From: an uncultured Myxococcales bacterium
GTDB taxonomy: Bacteria; Myxococcota; B64-G9
Assembly: GCA_964633205.1 (NCBI GenBank)
Contig: CAZWFN010000016.1
Coordinates: 50-64,049 of the forward strand
Direction of reading: 5' to 3'
Length of the DNA stretch: 64,000 nt
In this document: positions 1 through 9,320 of the stretch, in pieces
Layout: each line of letters opens with the position of its first letter
Numbering within the stretch: position 1 is the stretch's first letter
The notes under the pieces: generated by a model
What the model was told of the DNA's origin: nothing
The model's input: the letters and a program-made list of their open reading frames with translations, nothing else
Databases searched by the model: none
Translations under genes and position numbers: made by a program

Positions 1-968
1 CCCTCAGCCGCCGTCTCCGGCTGCCGGCAGACCAACACCACGTCGCCGCCCTTGAACTCGGCCTCCTGCAGCCCGCGCATGGCCTCGCGGATCAGGGTGC
101 CGAAGGAGCGCAGCTCGGCCTGCTCGGTCGAGGCCACCGCGATGGACACGGTCAGCTTGAGCTGGGCCAGGCTGCCGCCCGGATCCACCTGGCCCACCTG
201 GGAGCGGATGCGATCGGCCACCACCGCCGCCCCGCGCAGGTCGGTGTGCGGCATGACCACCAGCACCTTCTCCTCGGCGAACAGCAGCGGGATGTCGATG
301 TCGCGGATGCAGGTGCCCACCTGGCGCCGCACGTGGGTGTACAGGTCGCGCCTTTGGTCGGGCTTGAGATAGCCCGAGACGCGCTGGAAGTTGTCGAAGG
401 CCAGCAGCAGGATGGCCAGCGGATAGGCGTAGCGCTTGGCCCGCTTGACCTCCAGCAAGATGATGTGCTTGAAGATGTCGAAGCGGTAGAAGCGGGTCAC
501 CGGGTCGATCAGGGCCTTCTGGGCCAGGGCCTGGCGCAGCTCGCCGTTCTCCTCCTGCAGATGACCCAGGCGCTGCTCCAGGGTGCGCAGCGCCAGCAGG
601 TGGCGGCCCAGGTTGGCCAGCTCGTAGCGGGCCACCGGATGGCGCAGCACGCCGTCGGCGTCCACCTCCTGGCGCGCCTTTTCGGGATCGGCCACGTCGC
701 TGCCGACCACCAGCACGAAGGCCACCCGGCCGATGACGAACTCGTGGACGTACTCGCACAGCTCGCGGGCCGAGTGGCCGCTGACGGCCCGATCGCAGAA
801 CACCAGCCCGGGGGGCTCGGCCTCGAGCTGGGCCAGCGCCTCGTGGCCGTCGGCCGCCTGGCGGGTGACGAAGTGCTGCTCGTCCAGCATGGCGGCCAGC
901 TGCCGCCGGCGCTGGGCGTCGCCGTCGATGATCAGGGCGCTCTGCTGGGCCGAGCGGGGCGCATCCAT
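1..968 (-). CDS. Response regulator (REC domain) fused to a degenerate GGDEF-like domain; C-terminus runs off the window
   Basis: Translated by hand from ATG at 968-966 (minus strand): MDAPRSAQQSALIIDGDAQRRRQLAAMLDEQ...VFCDRAVSG has REC-like features with an Asp acceptor. The downstream PVTRFYRFDIF...LAILLLAFDNFQ...LLFAEEKVLVV resembles a GGDEF domain in which the GG(D/E)EF signature reads FAEEK. This ORF is missing from the track because it has no stop inside the window. Confidence 0.6.
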   Translation of the reverse strand, partial: MDAPRSAQQSALIIDGDAQRRRQLAAMLDEQHFVTRQAADGHEALAQLEAEPPGLVFCDRAVSGHSARELCEYVHEFVIGRVAFVLVVGSDVADPEKARQEVDADGVLRHPVARYELANLGRHLLALRTLEQRLGHLQEENGELRQALAQKALIDPVTRFYRFDIFKHIILLEVKRAKRYAYPLAILLLAFDNFQRVSGYLKPDQRRDLYTHVRRQVGTCIRDIDIPLLFAEEKVLVVMPHTDLRGAAVVADRIRSQVGQVDPGGSLAQLKLTVSIAVASTEQAELRSFGTLIREAMRGLQEAEFKGGDVVLVCRQPETAAE

Positions 969-1152
969 GGCCAGAAGGTAGCACAGCGCGGCTCATCAGC
1001 CGCAACCAAAAAATCGCGCAGTACGGCTGAGAACCATTGCGGGAGGCGAAGATTCTCGCGGTGCGTAGTACAGGCCGCGATGCGACGCATGCCGCGGCCC
1101 GGCGCTGGCCTTCGGTTTGACGCCAGCCCGCTAGGGCTGTAAAACCGGGCCC

Positions 1153-2199
1153 ATGAAGGCGCCCGAGATCATCAAGCTGACGCAGACGTCTCAGGCCTCC
1201 GGCTGAGCGGCCAAGCTCGGGCCGGGGGACCTGGCCCAAGCCTTGTGTGGCCTGGACCTGACGCCGCATCCTGACCTGCTCGTCGGCCTGTCGGTGGCCG
1301 ACGATGCGGGGGTGCTGCGCCTGAACGACGAGCTGGCCCTGGTGCAGACGGTGGACTTCTTCACCCCCATCGTGGACGAGCCGGAGCTGTTCGGCCGCAT
1401 CGCGGTGGCCAACGCCCTGTCCGATGTCTACGCCATGGGCGGCCGGCCGGTCTGCGCCATGAACGTGGTCGGCTTCCCCCGCGAAAAATTGCCCATGGAG
1501 CTGCTGCAGCGCTGCCTGGCCGGCGGGCTGGACAAGCTGCGCCAGGCCGAGGTGGCCCTGGCCGGCGGCCACAGCGTGGACAACCCGGAGTTCCTCTACG
1601 GCCTGGCCGTCTCGGGTCTGGTCCACCCGCAGCGCATCCTGACCAAGGGCGGCGTGCGCGACGGCGACGCGCTGGTGCTGACCAAGCCGCTGGGCACCGG
1701 CATCGTCACCACCGCGCTCAAGGGCGGGCTGGCCGACCCGGAGGCGGTCGCCGCGGTCAGCGACTCGATGGAGGCGCTGAACCGTGCGGCGGCCGAGCGG
1801 ATGGCCGACTTCGCGGTCCACGCCTGCACCGACGTGACCGGATTCGGCCTGCTGGGTCACGCCGCCGAGATGGTGCTCGAGGCCGCGGTCGGGCTGGAGT
1901 TCGACGCCGGCCGGCTGCCCCTGTTTCCCGGAGTGGCGGAGTACGCCGCGATGGGCCTGCTGCCCGGCGGCCTGCACCGCAACCGGGCCCACATCGCCGA
2001 TCGGGTGGATGTGGCCGCCGCCGTGCCCGCCCACCTGGCCGATGCGGCCTTCGACCCGCAGACCTCGGGCGGGCTGCTGATCGCGCTGGCGGCCGACGAG
2101 GCCGGCGCCCTGGCCGCCGCCTTGGGCGACGACGGCATCGACGCCGCCGTGGTGGGCCGCGCCACCGCCGCCCTGGCCGGCCGGCTGGCGCTGCGCTGA
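1153..2199 (+). CDS. selD: Selenide, water dikinase (selenophosphate synthetase) SelD, with selenocysteine encoded by in-frame UGA at 1204-1206
   Basis: From ATG 1153: MKAPEIIKLTQTSQASG-U-AAKLGPGDLAQAL aligns with E. coli SelD LTQYSHGAGCGCKISP, placing the TGA at the Cys17 position. The rest (TVDFFTPIVDEPELFGRIAVANALSDVYAMGG...HACTDVTGFGLLGH...PQTSGGLL) matches SelD family. The ORF track starts at TTG 1243 only because it stops at the UGA. Confidence 0.85.
1207..1245 (+). promoter_or_regulatory. Candidate bacterial SECIS hairpin immediately 3' of the selD UGA
   Basis: GCUCGGGCC (1215-1223) can pair with GGCCCAAGC (1233-1241), 8 of 9 bp, enclosing a G-rich apical loop GGGGGACCU. It begins about 8 nt after the UGA, as a bSECIS should. 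Confidence 0.4.
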
Positions 2200-2330
2200 G
2201 CCGCTCTCGCCAGCGATTTGCACTGTCAAAACCGGATGATGCGCAAAGCGGCGGCGCTTGACAGGCCGCGAGCGGATGCCGCAGTATTCCCCTGTCCGGG
2301 CTGTGCTTTTCCCGCATTGGAGGTCTTGTC

Positions 2331-5300
2331 GTGGACGGGGCGCGCCATTCGATCGGGTTGGTGTGGGCGGGGGTGATCGCGCTGGCTGGCTGCGGTTCGG
2401 CCGGCGACCCATGCCGGGGCATCGACTGCGGGGCCCACGGCTCTTGCGCCGAGGTCGAAGGCGCGGCCGTGTGCAACTGCGACCCTGGCTACGTGGCCGA
2501 CGGGCTGGCCTGCATAGTCGATCCGTGTACCCAGTCGCCCTGCGTCTACGGCTCCTGCCGGCCGTCGGGCCGCAACGCGATCTGCGATTGCTACCCGGGC
2601 TATGCCGGCGCCCGTTGCGACAGCTGCGCACCGGGCTACCGGCTCGAGGGCATGGCCTGCATCGAGGGCTCGCCCTGCGATGACGACCCCTGCGTCTACG
2701 GCCGCTGCCACAGCGAGGGCGGCCTGCCGGTCTGCGACTGCTTTACCGGCTACGCCGGTGCGGTCTGCGATCGCTGCGCCGCGGGCTACCACCCGGTGGG
2801 CCTGGAGTGCGTGTCGGACAGCCCCTGCGATCCGGACCCCTGCGTCCACGGCAGCTGCTCGGTCGCCGGCGGCCGGGCCGTGTGCGACTGCGACGAGGGC
2901 TATGCCGGGCCCAGCTGCGACAGCTGTGCGCCCGGCTACCACGCCGAGGGCCTCGAATGCGTGCCCGACGTGGCCGGCCCCTGCGACCCCAACCCCTGCG
3001 CCGAGGCCCACCGCCACGTCTGCCAGGTGGAGGGCGACGGGTACGTCTGCCTGTGCGATCCGGGCTACCACGACCAGGGCGGGGTCTGCGTCGAGGACGC
3101 GGCCGACCCCTGCCAACCCAACCCCTGCCAGCAGGTGCACCGCACGGTCTGCCAGCCCGACGGCGGCGGCCACGTCTGCCTGTGCGACGCCGGTTACCAC
3201 GACCAGGACGGGGTCTGCGTGGCGGACAGCGCCTGCAGCCCCAACCCCTGCACCGAGCCCAACCGCGGCGTCTGCCAGCTCGACGGCGACGGCCACGTCT
3301 GCCTGTGCGATCCGGGCTACCACGACGAGGCCGGCGCCTGCGTCGCCGATCAGGTCTGCGACCCGGCGACCACCTGCTCCGGCCACGGCAGCTGCACCGG
3401 CGACGGGCTGGAGTGCGACTGCGATGCGGGCTGGGCCGGAGCGCACTGCGCCGGGTGCGCCGCCGGCTACCACCCGGATGGCGGCGACTGCGTGCCGGAC
3501 TCGGCCTGCGAGCCCAACCCCTGCCAGCAGGTGCACCGCACCCGCTGCGTCGAGGACGGCGACGGCCACGTCTGTCTGTGCGACGCGGGCTACCAGGACG
3601 TCGGCGGCCTGTGCGTCGGCGTTTGCGATACGGTGGTCGCATACCAGCCCGGCGCCGGCGAGGACATCAGCGCGCTCTACATCCGCGGCGGGTTCAACGA
3701 CTGGGCGCTGAGCGACCCCTTCACCGAGAACGGCGACGGCTCGTGGACCGCGGTGCTCAGCCTGCCGACCGGCGACTACGCCTACAAGCTCTACGAGGCC
3801 GGCGAGGACCGCTGGTTCGAGGATCCCGGCAATCCCTTCTTCATGTGGAACGCCGGTATCCGCAACTCACGGCTGCGGGTGCGCGACTGCGACCGGCCGC
3901 GGCTGCGGCTGGTCGACCAGCCCGCGGTGGATGCGGCGGCCGGCATAGTGGCCTTTCAGGTGGAGTACATCGACGGTGCCCAGGCGGCCGGCGCGGATGC
4001 GGCCAGCTGCAGCGCCGGCCGCAACGACGCGCCGCTGGCCGGGGCCTTCGACCCGGACAGCGGGGTGTTCAGCATCGACGATCAGGATCTGGCCGAGGGC
4101 AAGTACGCCTACCGCTTCCGGGCCTGCGACGCCGCCGGCCGTTGCGCCGAGCCGCTCTACGTGCCGGTCTGGGTGGAGAGCGAGGACTTCGCCTGGCGCG
4201 ACGCGGTGCTCTACTTCGCCATGACCGATCGCTTCGTCAACGGGGATATGGGCAACGACGATGCGGTGGGCGATCCGGTGGATTACAAGGCCGACTGGCA
4301 GGGCGGCGACTTCGCCGGCTTGTTGCAGAAGATCGAGAGCGGCTACTTCGAGGATCTGGGCGTCGATGCCATCTGGATCTCCTCGGTGACCCAGAACACG
4401 GGCGGTTACGGCCACGGCCTCGGCGGCGATCAGCACCAGTACTCGGCCTACCACTCCTACTGGCCCATCGCCACCGGCTGGCGCGAGGGGGTCGAGCTGC
4501 CGGGGGTGCAGCCGGTCGACCCCCACTTCGGCGATCTCGACGAGCTCAAGGCCGTGGTGCGCGCCGCCCACGCCCGCGGCATCCGGGTGCTGGTGGACTT
4601 CGTGGCCAACCACGTCCACGCCGACAGCCCGCTGTGGCAGGCGCACCAGGCCGACGACCCGCCCTGGTTCCACCTGCCGACCTATGTCTGCGGCTGGGAT
4701 CAACCGGTGATCTGCTGGTTCACCGACTACCTGCCGGACTTCGAGTACAAGACCCTGGCGGTGATGGACGCGGTGGTCGAGCACGCCATCTGGTTGATCC
4801 GCGAGACCGATGTCGACGGCTTCCGGCTCGACGCGGTCAAGCACATGATCGACGACTTCGCCCTGACCCTGCGCGGCCGCATCGAGCAGGCCATCACCAC
4901 CACCGGCGAGCGCTTCTACATGGTGGGCGAGACCTTCACCGGCGAGGGCGAGGGCGAGGCGGCGCTGATCCGCCACTACGTGCGCCCCGAGATGCTCGAC
5001 GGCCAGTTCGACTTCCCGCTGTACTGGTCGCTGGTGGCCACCTTCCTGCGCGAGGAGCGCGACTTCTTCGCCCTGGAGCAGATGCTCTCCGATTTCGAGG
5101 GCTTCTACGGCGGCTGGGCGGTGATGTCCAACTTTTTGGGCAACCACGACGTCTGCCGCGCCGTCTCGCACGCCAGCGGCGACATCGGCGACCTGTGGGG
5201 CAACGGTTCGCAGGAGCAGGGCTGGAACAACCCGCCGGCCGATCCGGCGGACGAGACGCCCTACCGCCGGCTGCGGCTGGCCTGGACATTCTTGATGACC

Positions 5301-5729
5301 GTGCCCGGCGTGCCGCTGATCTACTACGGCGACGAGTTCGGCCTGGCCGGCGCCGGCGATCCCGACAACCGCCGCATGATGCGCTTCGGCGCCGAGCTCA
5401 ACAGCCACCAGCAGGCCACCCTGGCCCACGTGCAGGCGCTGACCGCGGTGCGCCACGCCCACCCGGCGCTGCGCCGCGGCCAGCGCAGCCAGCTGTTCAA
5501 CGACGGCGCCTTCTGGGCCTACGCCATGGTATACGGCGCCGACCGGGTGGTGGTGGTGTTCAACCGCAACCCGGCGCCGGCCACCCGGGCGCTGTCGGTG
5601 GCCGCGGCCGGGCTGGGCGACGGCACGGTCATGCGCGACGTGCTGCACGACAGCCAGCAGACGGTCAGCGGCGGCGAGCTGTCGGTCACCCTCGACGGCC
5701 GCGACTCGGCCGTGTTCGTGGTGGAGTGA
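2331..5729 (+). CDS. Secreted lipoprotein: about 10 laminin/EGF-like Cys repeats, a CBM-like module and a GH13 alpha-amylase catalytic domain
   Basis: GTG start with GGAGG RBS. Signal peptide with lipobox (VIALAGC). Repeating CxCxxGYxGxxCDxCAxGY and PNPCxxxHRTxCxxDGxGHVCLCDxGYHD units. Then YIRGGFNDWA (CBM-like), DAIWISSVTQN, GFRLDAVKHM and FLGNHD motifs of glycoside hydrolase family 13. Confidence 0.8.
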   Translation: MDGARHSIGLVWAGVIALAGCGSAGDPCRGIDCGAHGSCAEVEGAAVCNCDPGYVADGLACIVDPCTQSPCVYGSCRPSGRNAICDCYPGYAGARCDSCAPGYRLEGMACIEGSPCDDDPCVYGRCHSEGGLPVCDCFTGYAGAVCDRCAAGYHPVGLECVSDSPCDPDPCVHGSCSVAGGRAVCDCDEGYAGPSCDSCAPGYHAEGLECVPDVAGPCDPNPCAEAHRHVCQVEGDGYVCLCDPGYHDQGGVCVEDAADPCQPNPCQQVHRTVCQPDGGGHVCLCDAGYHDQDGVCVADSACSPNPCTEPNRGVCQLDGDGHVCLCDPGYHDEAGACVADQVCDPATTCSGHGSCTGDGLECDCDAGWAGAHCAGCAAGYHPDGGDCVPDSACEPNPCQQVHRTRCVEDGDGHVCLCDAGYQDVGGLCVGVCDTVVAYQPGAGEDISALYIRGGFNDWALSDPFTENGDGSWTAVLSLPTGDYAYKLYEAGEDRWFEDPGNPFFMWNAGIRNSRLRVRDCDRPRLRLVDQPAVDAAAGIVAFQVEYIDGAQAAGADAASCSAGRNDAPLAGAFDPDSGVFSIDDQDLAEGKYAYRFRACDAAGRCAEPLYVPVWVESEDFAWRDAVLYFAMTDRFVNGDMGNDDAVGDPVDYKADWQGGDFAGLLQKIESGYFEDLGVDAIWISSVTQNTGGYGHGLGGDQHQYSAYHSYWPIATGWREGVELPGVQPVDPHFGDLDELKAVVRAAHARGIRVLVDFVANHVHADSPLWQAHQADDPPWFHLPTYVCGWDQPVICWFTDYLPDFEYKTLAVMDAVVEHAIWLIRETDVDGFRLDAVKHMIDDFALTLRGRIEQAITTTGERFYMVGETFTGEGEGEAALIRHYVRPEMLDGQFDFPLYWSLVATFLREERDFFALEQMLSDFEGFYGGWAVMSNFLGNHDVCRAVSHASGDIGDLWGNGSQEQGWNNPPADPADETPYRRLRLAWTFLMTVPGVPLIYYGDEFGLAGAGDPDNRRMMRFGAELNSHQQATLAHVQALTAVRHAHPALRRGQRSQLFNDGAFWAYAMVYGADRVVVVFNRNPAPATRALSVAAAGLGDGTVMRDVLHDSQQTVSGGELSVTLDGRDSAVFVVE

Positions 5730-5733
5730 GACC

Positions 5734-8649
5734 ATGCGCTGTAGCGACTCGCGTTGGTGGATTCCGGGGGCGGTGCTGGGCCTGGCGCTCGGCTGGGCGG
5801 CCTGTGGCGGCGGGGGGGATGGGCCGTGCGCCGGGGTCGATTGCTCGCTGCACGGCTCCTGCCGGGTGGAGGCGGGCCAGCCGCGCTGCGACTGCGATCC
5901 GGGCTACGTGGCCGACGGGCTGGTCTGCCACCCGGACTGGTGCCGCGACATCGTCTGCGACCACGGGGTCTGCGTGCAGGACGCCGAACGCGGCGGCTGC
6001 GACTGCCAGGCCGGCTGGGCCGGGCCGAGCTGCGATGGCTGCGCCGCGGGTTACCATCTGGACAACGGCGCCTGCCTGCCGGATGCCCCCTGCGACACCG
6101 ATCCCTGCATCCACGGGGTCTGCCGGGTGGTCGCCGGCGAGGAGGTGTGCGACTGCGACACCGGCTACGCCGGCGAGCGCTGCGACCGCTGCGCCGCGGG
6201 CTACCACGCCGAGGGGCTGGACTGCGTGCCCGACGAAGACAACCCCTGCGCGCCCAACCCCTGCGACGAGGCGCACCGCAGCCGGTGCACCCCGGACGGC
6301 ACCGGTGGCTATGACTGCGGCTGCGACGCCGGCTACCACGACGAAGGGGGGCAATGCGTGCCCGACGACGACAACCCCTGCCAGCCCAACCCCTGCGACC
6401 AGCCGCACCGCAGCCAGTGCACCCCGGACGGCGCCGGCGGCTACGACTGTGGCTGCGACCCCGGCTACCACGACCAGGGCGGCCAGTGCGTGCCCGACGG
6501 CGGCGACCCCTGCGATCCCAACCCCTGCGATGCGCCGCACCGCACGCTGTGTACGCCGGACGGTGACGGCGGCTACGCCTGCGCTTGCGACCCCGGCTAC
6601 CACGAGGTGGCGGGTGCCTGCCTGCCGGACTGCGACGCGGCCGCCGACCTGTGCGCCGCCGCCCAGCCGTCTTTCGGCACCCTGGTCTCGTCCAACGGCC
6701 ACTGCGCGGTGGGCTACGATCTGGCCGGGCGCCGGGCCGACAGCTTCCTCGAGCACCTGTACCGCAACTGGGACGAAGGGGTCTGGACGCGCGATCTGCT
6801 CTACGATACCTACCTCGGCCTGCGCGGCGGCGACCAGCAGCTGTGGTTGAATGCGGCCGCGCCGCTGCGGGTGGAGTACCAGGCGCAGAGCCATGTGATC
6901 CACACCGTCCACCGGCTGGGGGTCTTCCAGGTCGACACCTGGATCTACGCGCCCTTCGAGCTCGAGCGACCGGCGCTGGTGATCGTCGGCCGGGTGACCA
7001 ACACCGGCGATCGGACCGAGTCCGCCTCGCTGTTCAGCCTGCACAACTACCACGTCGGCAACACCACGGTGGAGCAGCCGGTCGAGCCGGACGCGGCCGA
7101 GGAGCGCCTCGTCTACCAGCCGGACAGCGGCGCCTACCTGGAGACCGGCCCGGGCGGGGCCCTGCTGCACCGGCCGCTGGATGCCACCAGCCACCACGGC
7201 TGCAGCCCGGGCAACCCCTGGCAGGCCTTGACGGCCGGGCAGGACCTGGCCGACACCGCCGACAGCGGCGTCGGCGACGATCGGGTGGCCGGCTTCCAGC
7301 GCGACTTCGAGCTGGCGCCGGGCGCCTCCGGCTGGCTGGGGGTGGTCACCGCCTTCGACCGTTTCGGCGACGGCGACACCCTGGCGGCCGAGCTCGAGGC
7401 GGCCTACGCCGGGCTCGACGGCCGGACCGCGCTGCAAGCCGCCCTGGACGCCTTCGAGGCCTGGCGCAATCCGCCGCCGGCCGGGCTCAGCCCGGCCGAG
7501 CGCTGGGTGTGGCGCCAGAGCGAGGCGGTGCTGCGCCAGGGCCAGGTACGCGAGACCAGCGACCTGTCCCACGGTCAGATCGTGGCCTCGCTGCCGCCGG
7601 GCAACTGGAACATCTGCTGGATGCGCGACATGGCCTACGCCATCGTGGCCCTGGCGCGCACCGGGCACCTGGTCGAGGCCCGCGCCGCGCTGGAGTTCGT
7701 GCTGCTGGCCGACTCCGGCCACTACCAGCAGGACTACGTGGGCGTGCCCTACCAGGTGACCATCACCCGTTACTTCGGCCGCGGTAAGGAGGAGACCGAT
7801 TTCAACGCCGACGGGCCCAACATCGAGTACGACGGCTTCGGGCTGTTTCTGTGGTCGCTGGGCGCCTACCTGGACGCCGGCGGCGACGGCGGCCTGGTCG
7901 ACGCGCACTGGGAGACCATCCGCGATCGCATCGCCGGGGCCCTGGTGGCGCTGATCGACCCGCAGACCGGCCTGATCGCGGCCGACTCGTCCATCTGGGA
8001 AGTGCACTGGAACGGCAACCAGAAGCGCTACAGCTACACCTCGCTGGCCGCCGCCCGCGGCCTGTGCGCCGCGGCCGAGCTGGCCGCGGCCCGCGGCGAG
8101 GACGCCCTGGCCGCCGACTGGCGCGCGGCGGCGATCTCCATCCGCGACGCCCTGGCCGCCCGGGTGGTGGATGCCGATCAGGTACTGGCCTCGTCCTACG
8201 AAGAGCTGCAGTCCGGCGCCGGCTACCACGACGTGGCCTCGGTGGAGGCCTTCGACTGGCGCCTGTTCGATCCGGCTGGCGCCGTCGCCGCCGCCACCCT
8301 GGATTCCTTCGACGCGCTGCTGCGGGTGGCCAGCGGCCGCGGGTTTTTCCGCAACGACGACGGCGGCTGGTACGACTCGCAGGAGTGGGTCTACGCCGAC
8401 CTGCGGGTGGCCATCGCCGCCCGGCGCGCCGGCCGGACCGAGACGGCCGATCGCCTGCTGGGCTGGATCGGCGCTCAGGCGCTGGCCAACCACGGCATGA
8501 TCGCCGAGCTGCACCATCCGCTCGATTCCAGCTACGAGGGCGAGATCCCCATGGTCGGCTACGGCGGCGGCGCCTACATCCTGGCGCTGCTCGATCGCGA
8601 GCAGCCCGCTTCCCCGGAGCCGGCCTGCGGCTCCTGGGAGGCGCGGTGA
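5734..8649 (+). CDS. Lipoprotein with EGF-like Cys repeats fused to a GH15 glucoamylase/glucodextranase-like (alpha/alpha)6 domain
   Basis: ATG with GGAG RBS. Lipobox LGWAAC. Repeats of the same type as the upstream gene. NWNICWMRDMAYAIVAL matches the GH15 WxRD-type motif. About 650 aa catalytic region. Confidence 0.7.
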   Translation: MRCSDSRWWIPGAVLGLALGWAACGGGGDGPCAGVDCSLHGSCRVEAGQPRCDCDPGYVADGLVCHPDWCRDIVCDHGVCVQDAERGGCDCQAGWAGPSCDGCAAGYHLDNGACLPDAPCDTDPCIHGVCRVVAGEEVCDCDTGYAGERCDRCAAGYHAEGLDCVPDEDNPCAPNPCDEAHRSRCTPDGTGGYDCGCDAGYHDEGGQCVPDDDNPCQPNPCDQPHRSQCTPDGAGGYDCGCDPGYHDQGGQCVPDGGDPCDPNPCDAPHRTLCTPDGDGGYACACDPGYHEVAGACLPDCDAAADLCAAAQPSFGTLVSSNGHCAVGYDLAGRRADSFLEHLYRNWDEGVWTRDLLYDTYLGLRGGDQQLWLNAAAPLRVEYQAQSHVIHTVHRLGVFQVDTWIYAPFELERPALVIVGRVTNTGDRTESASLFSLHNYHVGNTTVEQPVEPDAAEERLVYQPDSGAYLETGPGGALLHRPLDATSHHGCSPGNPWQALTAGQDLADTADSGVGDDRVAGFQRDFELAPGASGWLGVVTAFDRFGDGDTLAAELEAAYAGLDGRTALQAALDAFEAWRNPPPAGLSPAERWVWRQSEAVLRQGQVRETSDLSHGQIVASLPPGNWNICWMRDMAYAIVALARTGHLVEARAALEFVLLADSGHYQQDYVGVPYQVTITRYFGRGKEETDFNADGPNIEYDGFGLFLWSLGAYLDAGGDGGLVDAHWETIRDRIAGALVALIDPQTGLIAADSSIWEVHWNGNQKRYSYTSLAAARGLCAAAELAAARGEDALAADWRAAAISIRDALAARVVDADQVLASSYEELQSGAGYHDVASVEAFDWRLFDPAGAVAAATLDSFDALLRVASGRGFFRNDDGGWYDSQEWVYADLRVAIAARRAGRTETADRLLGWIGAQALANHGMIAELHHPLDSSYEGEIPMVGYGGGAYILALLDREQPASPEPACGSWEAR

Positions 8650-8734
8650 GCCGCGGCCGGACCGGTTCCTCGGCGGGGCTCGGGCCGATCGCCGCGCTGT
8701 TGTCGAACGAGGCGGCGTGCATCGGGGGAAGCGG

Positions 8735-9238
8735 ATGAAATGGTGCTCTCTTTGGCTGTGTCTGATGCTGGCGGCCTGCAGCGGCAACGGGGCCGGGCCG
8801 GATGCCGGCTTCGACCCGGACGCTGATCCCTATCCGCCGGACGCCTGGGATCCTGGCGATCCCGACAGCGACCCCTGCGCCGGCGACGGCGGGGCCGACG
8901 GCGGGGCCGACGGCTGTGTGGCCGGGCCGGTCGACTGTGCGCGCGACGACTGCGTGCACGGCGAGTGCATCGACGTGCCCGGCGGGGCCGATTGGTGCGA
9001 TTGCCACAGCGGCTACGCCGGCATGCTGTGCGACCGCTGCGCCGCCGGCTACGTGGCCGTCGGCCTGGAGTGCGTGCCGGCCGGCGGCTGCGCCGACAGC
9101 CCCTGCGTCCACGGCACCTGCCGGCCGCTGCAAGACGGCGATTTTCGCTGCGACTGCGATGCGGGTTACGCCGGCCGGCTGTGCGACCGCTGCGCCGAGG
9201 GCTACCATGTCGAGAACCTGCGCTGTGTGCCCGACTGA
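8735..9238 (+). CDS. Small lipoprotein made only of the EGF-like Cys-repeat module
   Basis: MKWCSLWLCLMLAACSG lipobox. Then CDCHSGYAGMLCDRCAAGY and CDCDAGYAGRLCDRCAEGY repeats paralogous to the N-termini of the two hydrolases. A GTG start at 8717 is an alternative. Confidence 0.6.
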   Translation: MKWCSLWLCLMLAACSGNGAGPDAGFDPDADPYPPDAWDPGDPDSDPCAGDGGADGGADGCVAGPVDCARDDCVHGECIDVPGGADWCDCHSGYAGMLCDRCAAGYVAVGLECVPAGGCADSPCVHGTCRPLQDGDFRCDCDAGYAGRLCDRCAEGYHVENLRCVPD

Positions 9239-9320
9239 ATCGGAGGGTTGAAAAAACCATGAGTCACAGGGCCACTGGGTTGGATCTGCGGCGCCGCACC
9301 TTGCGAGCGGGAGAGTATCG

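Noticed and set aside
4-2631. 875-aa minus-strand ORF
   Set aside because: The translation is Arg/Gly/Pro-rich low complexity. It is out of frame with the response regulator read from 968 and antisense to selD and the amylase. It is a typical high-GC shadow ORF.
2602-6850. Long Arg/Pro-rich alternative-frame ORFs (2602-3711+, 2743-3642-, 2807-6850+, 5754-6314+)
   Set aside because: They overlap the well-supported GH13 and GH15 genes in other frames. Their composition is non-protein-like.
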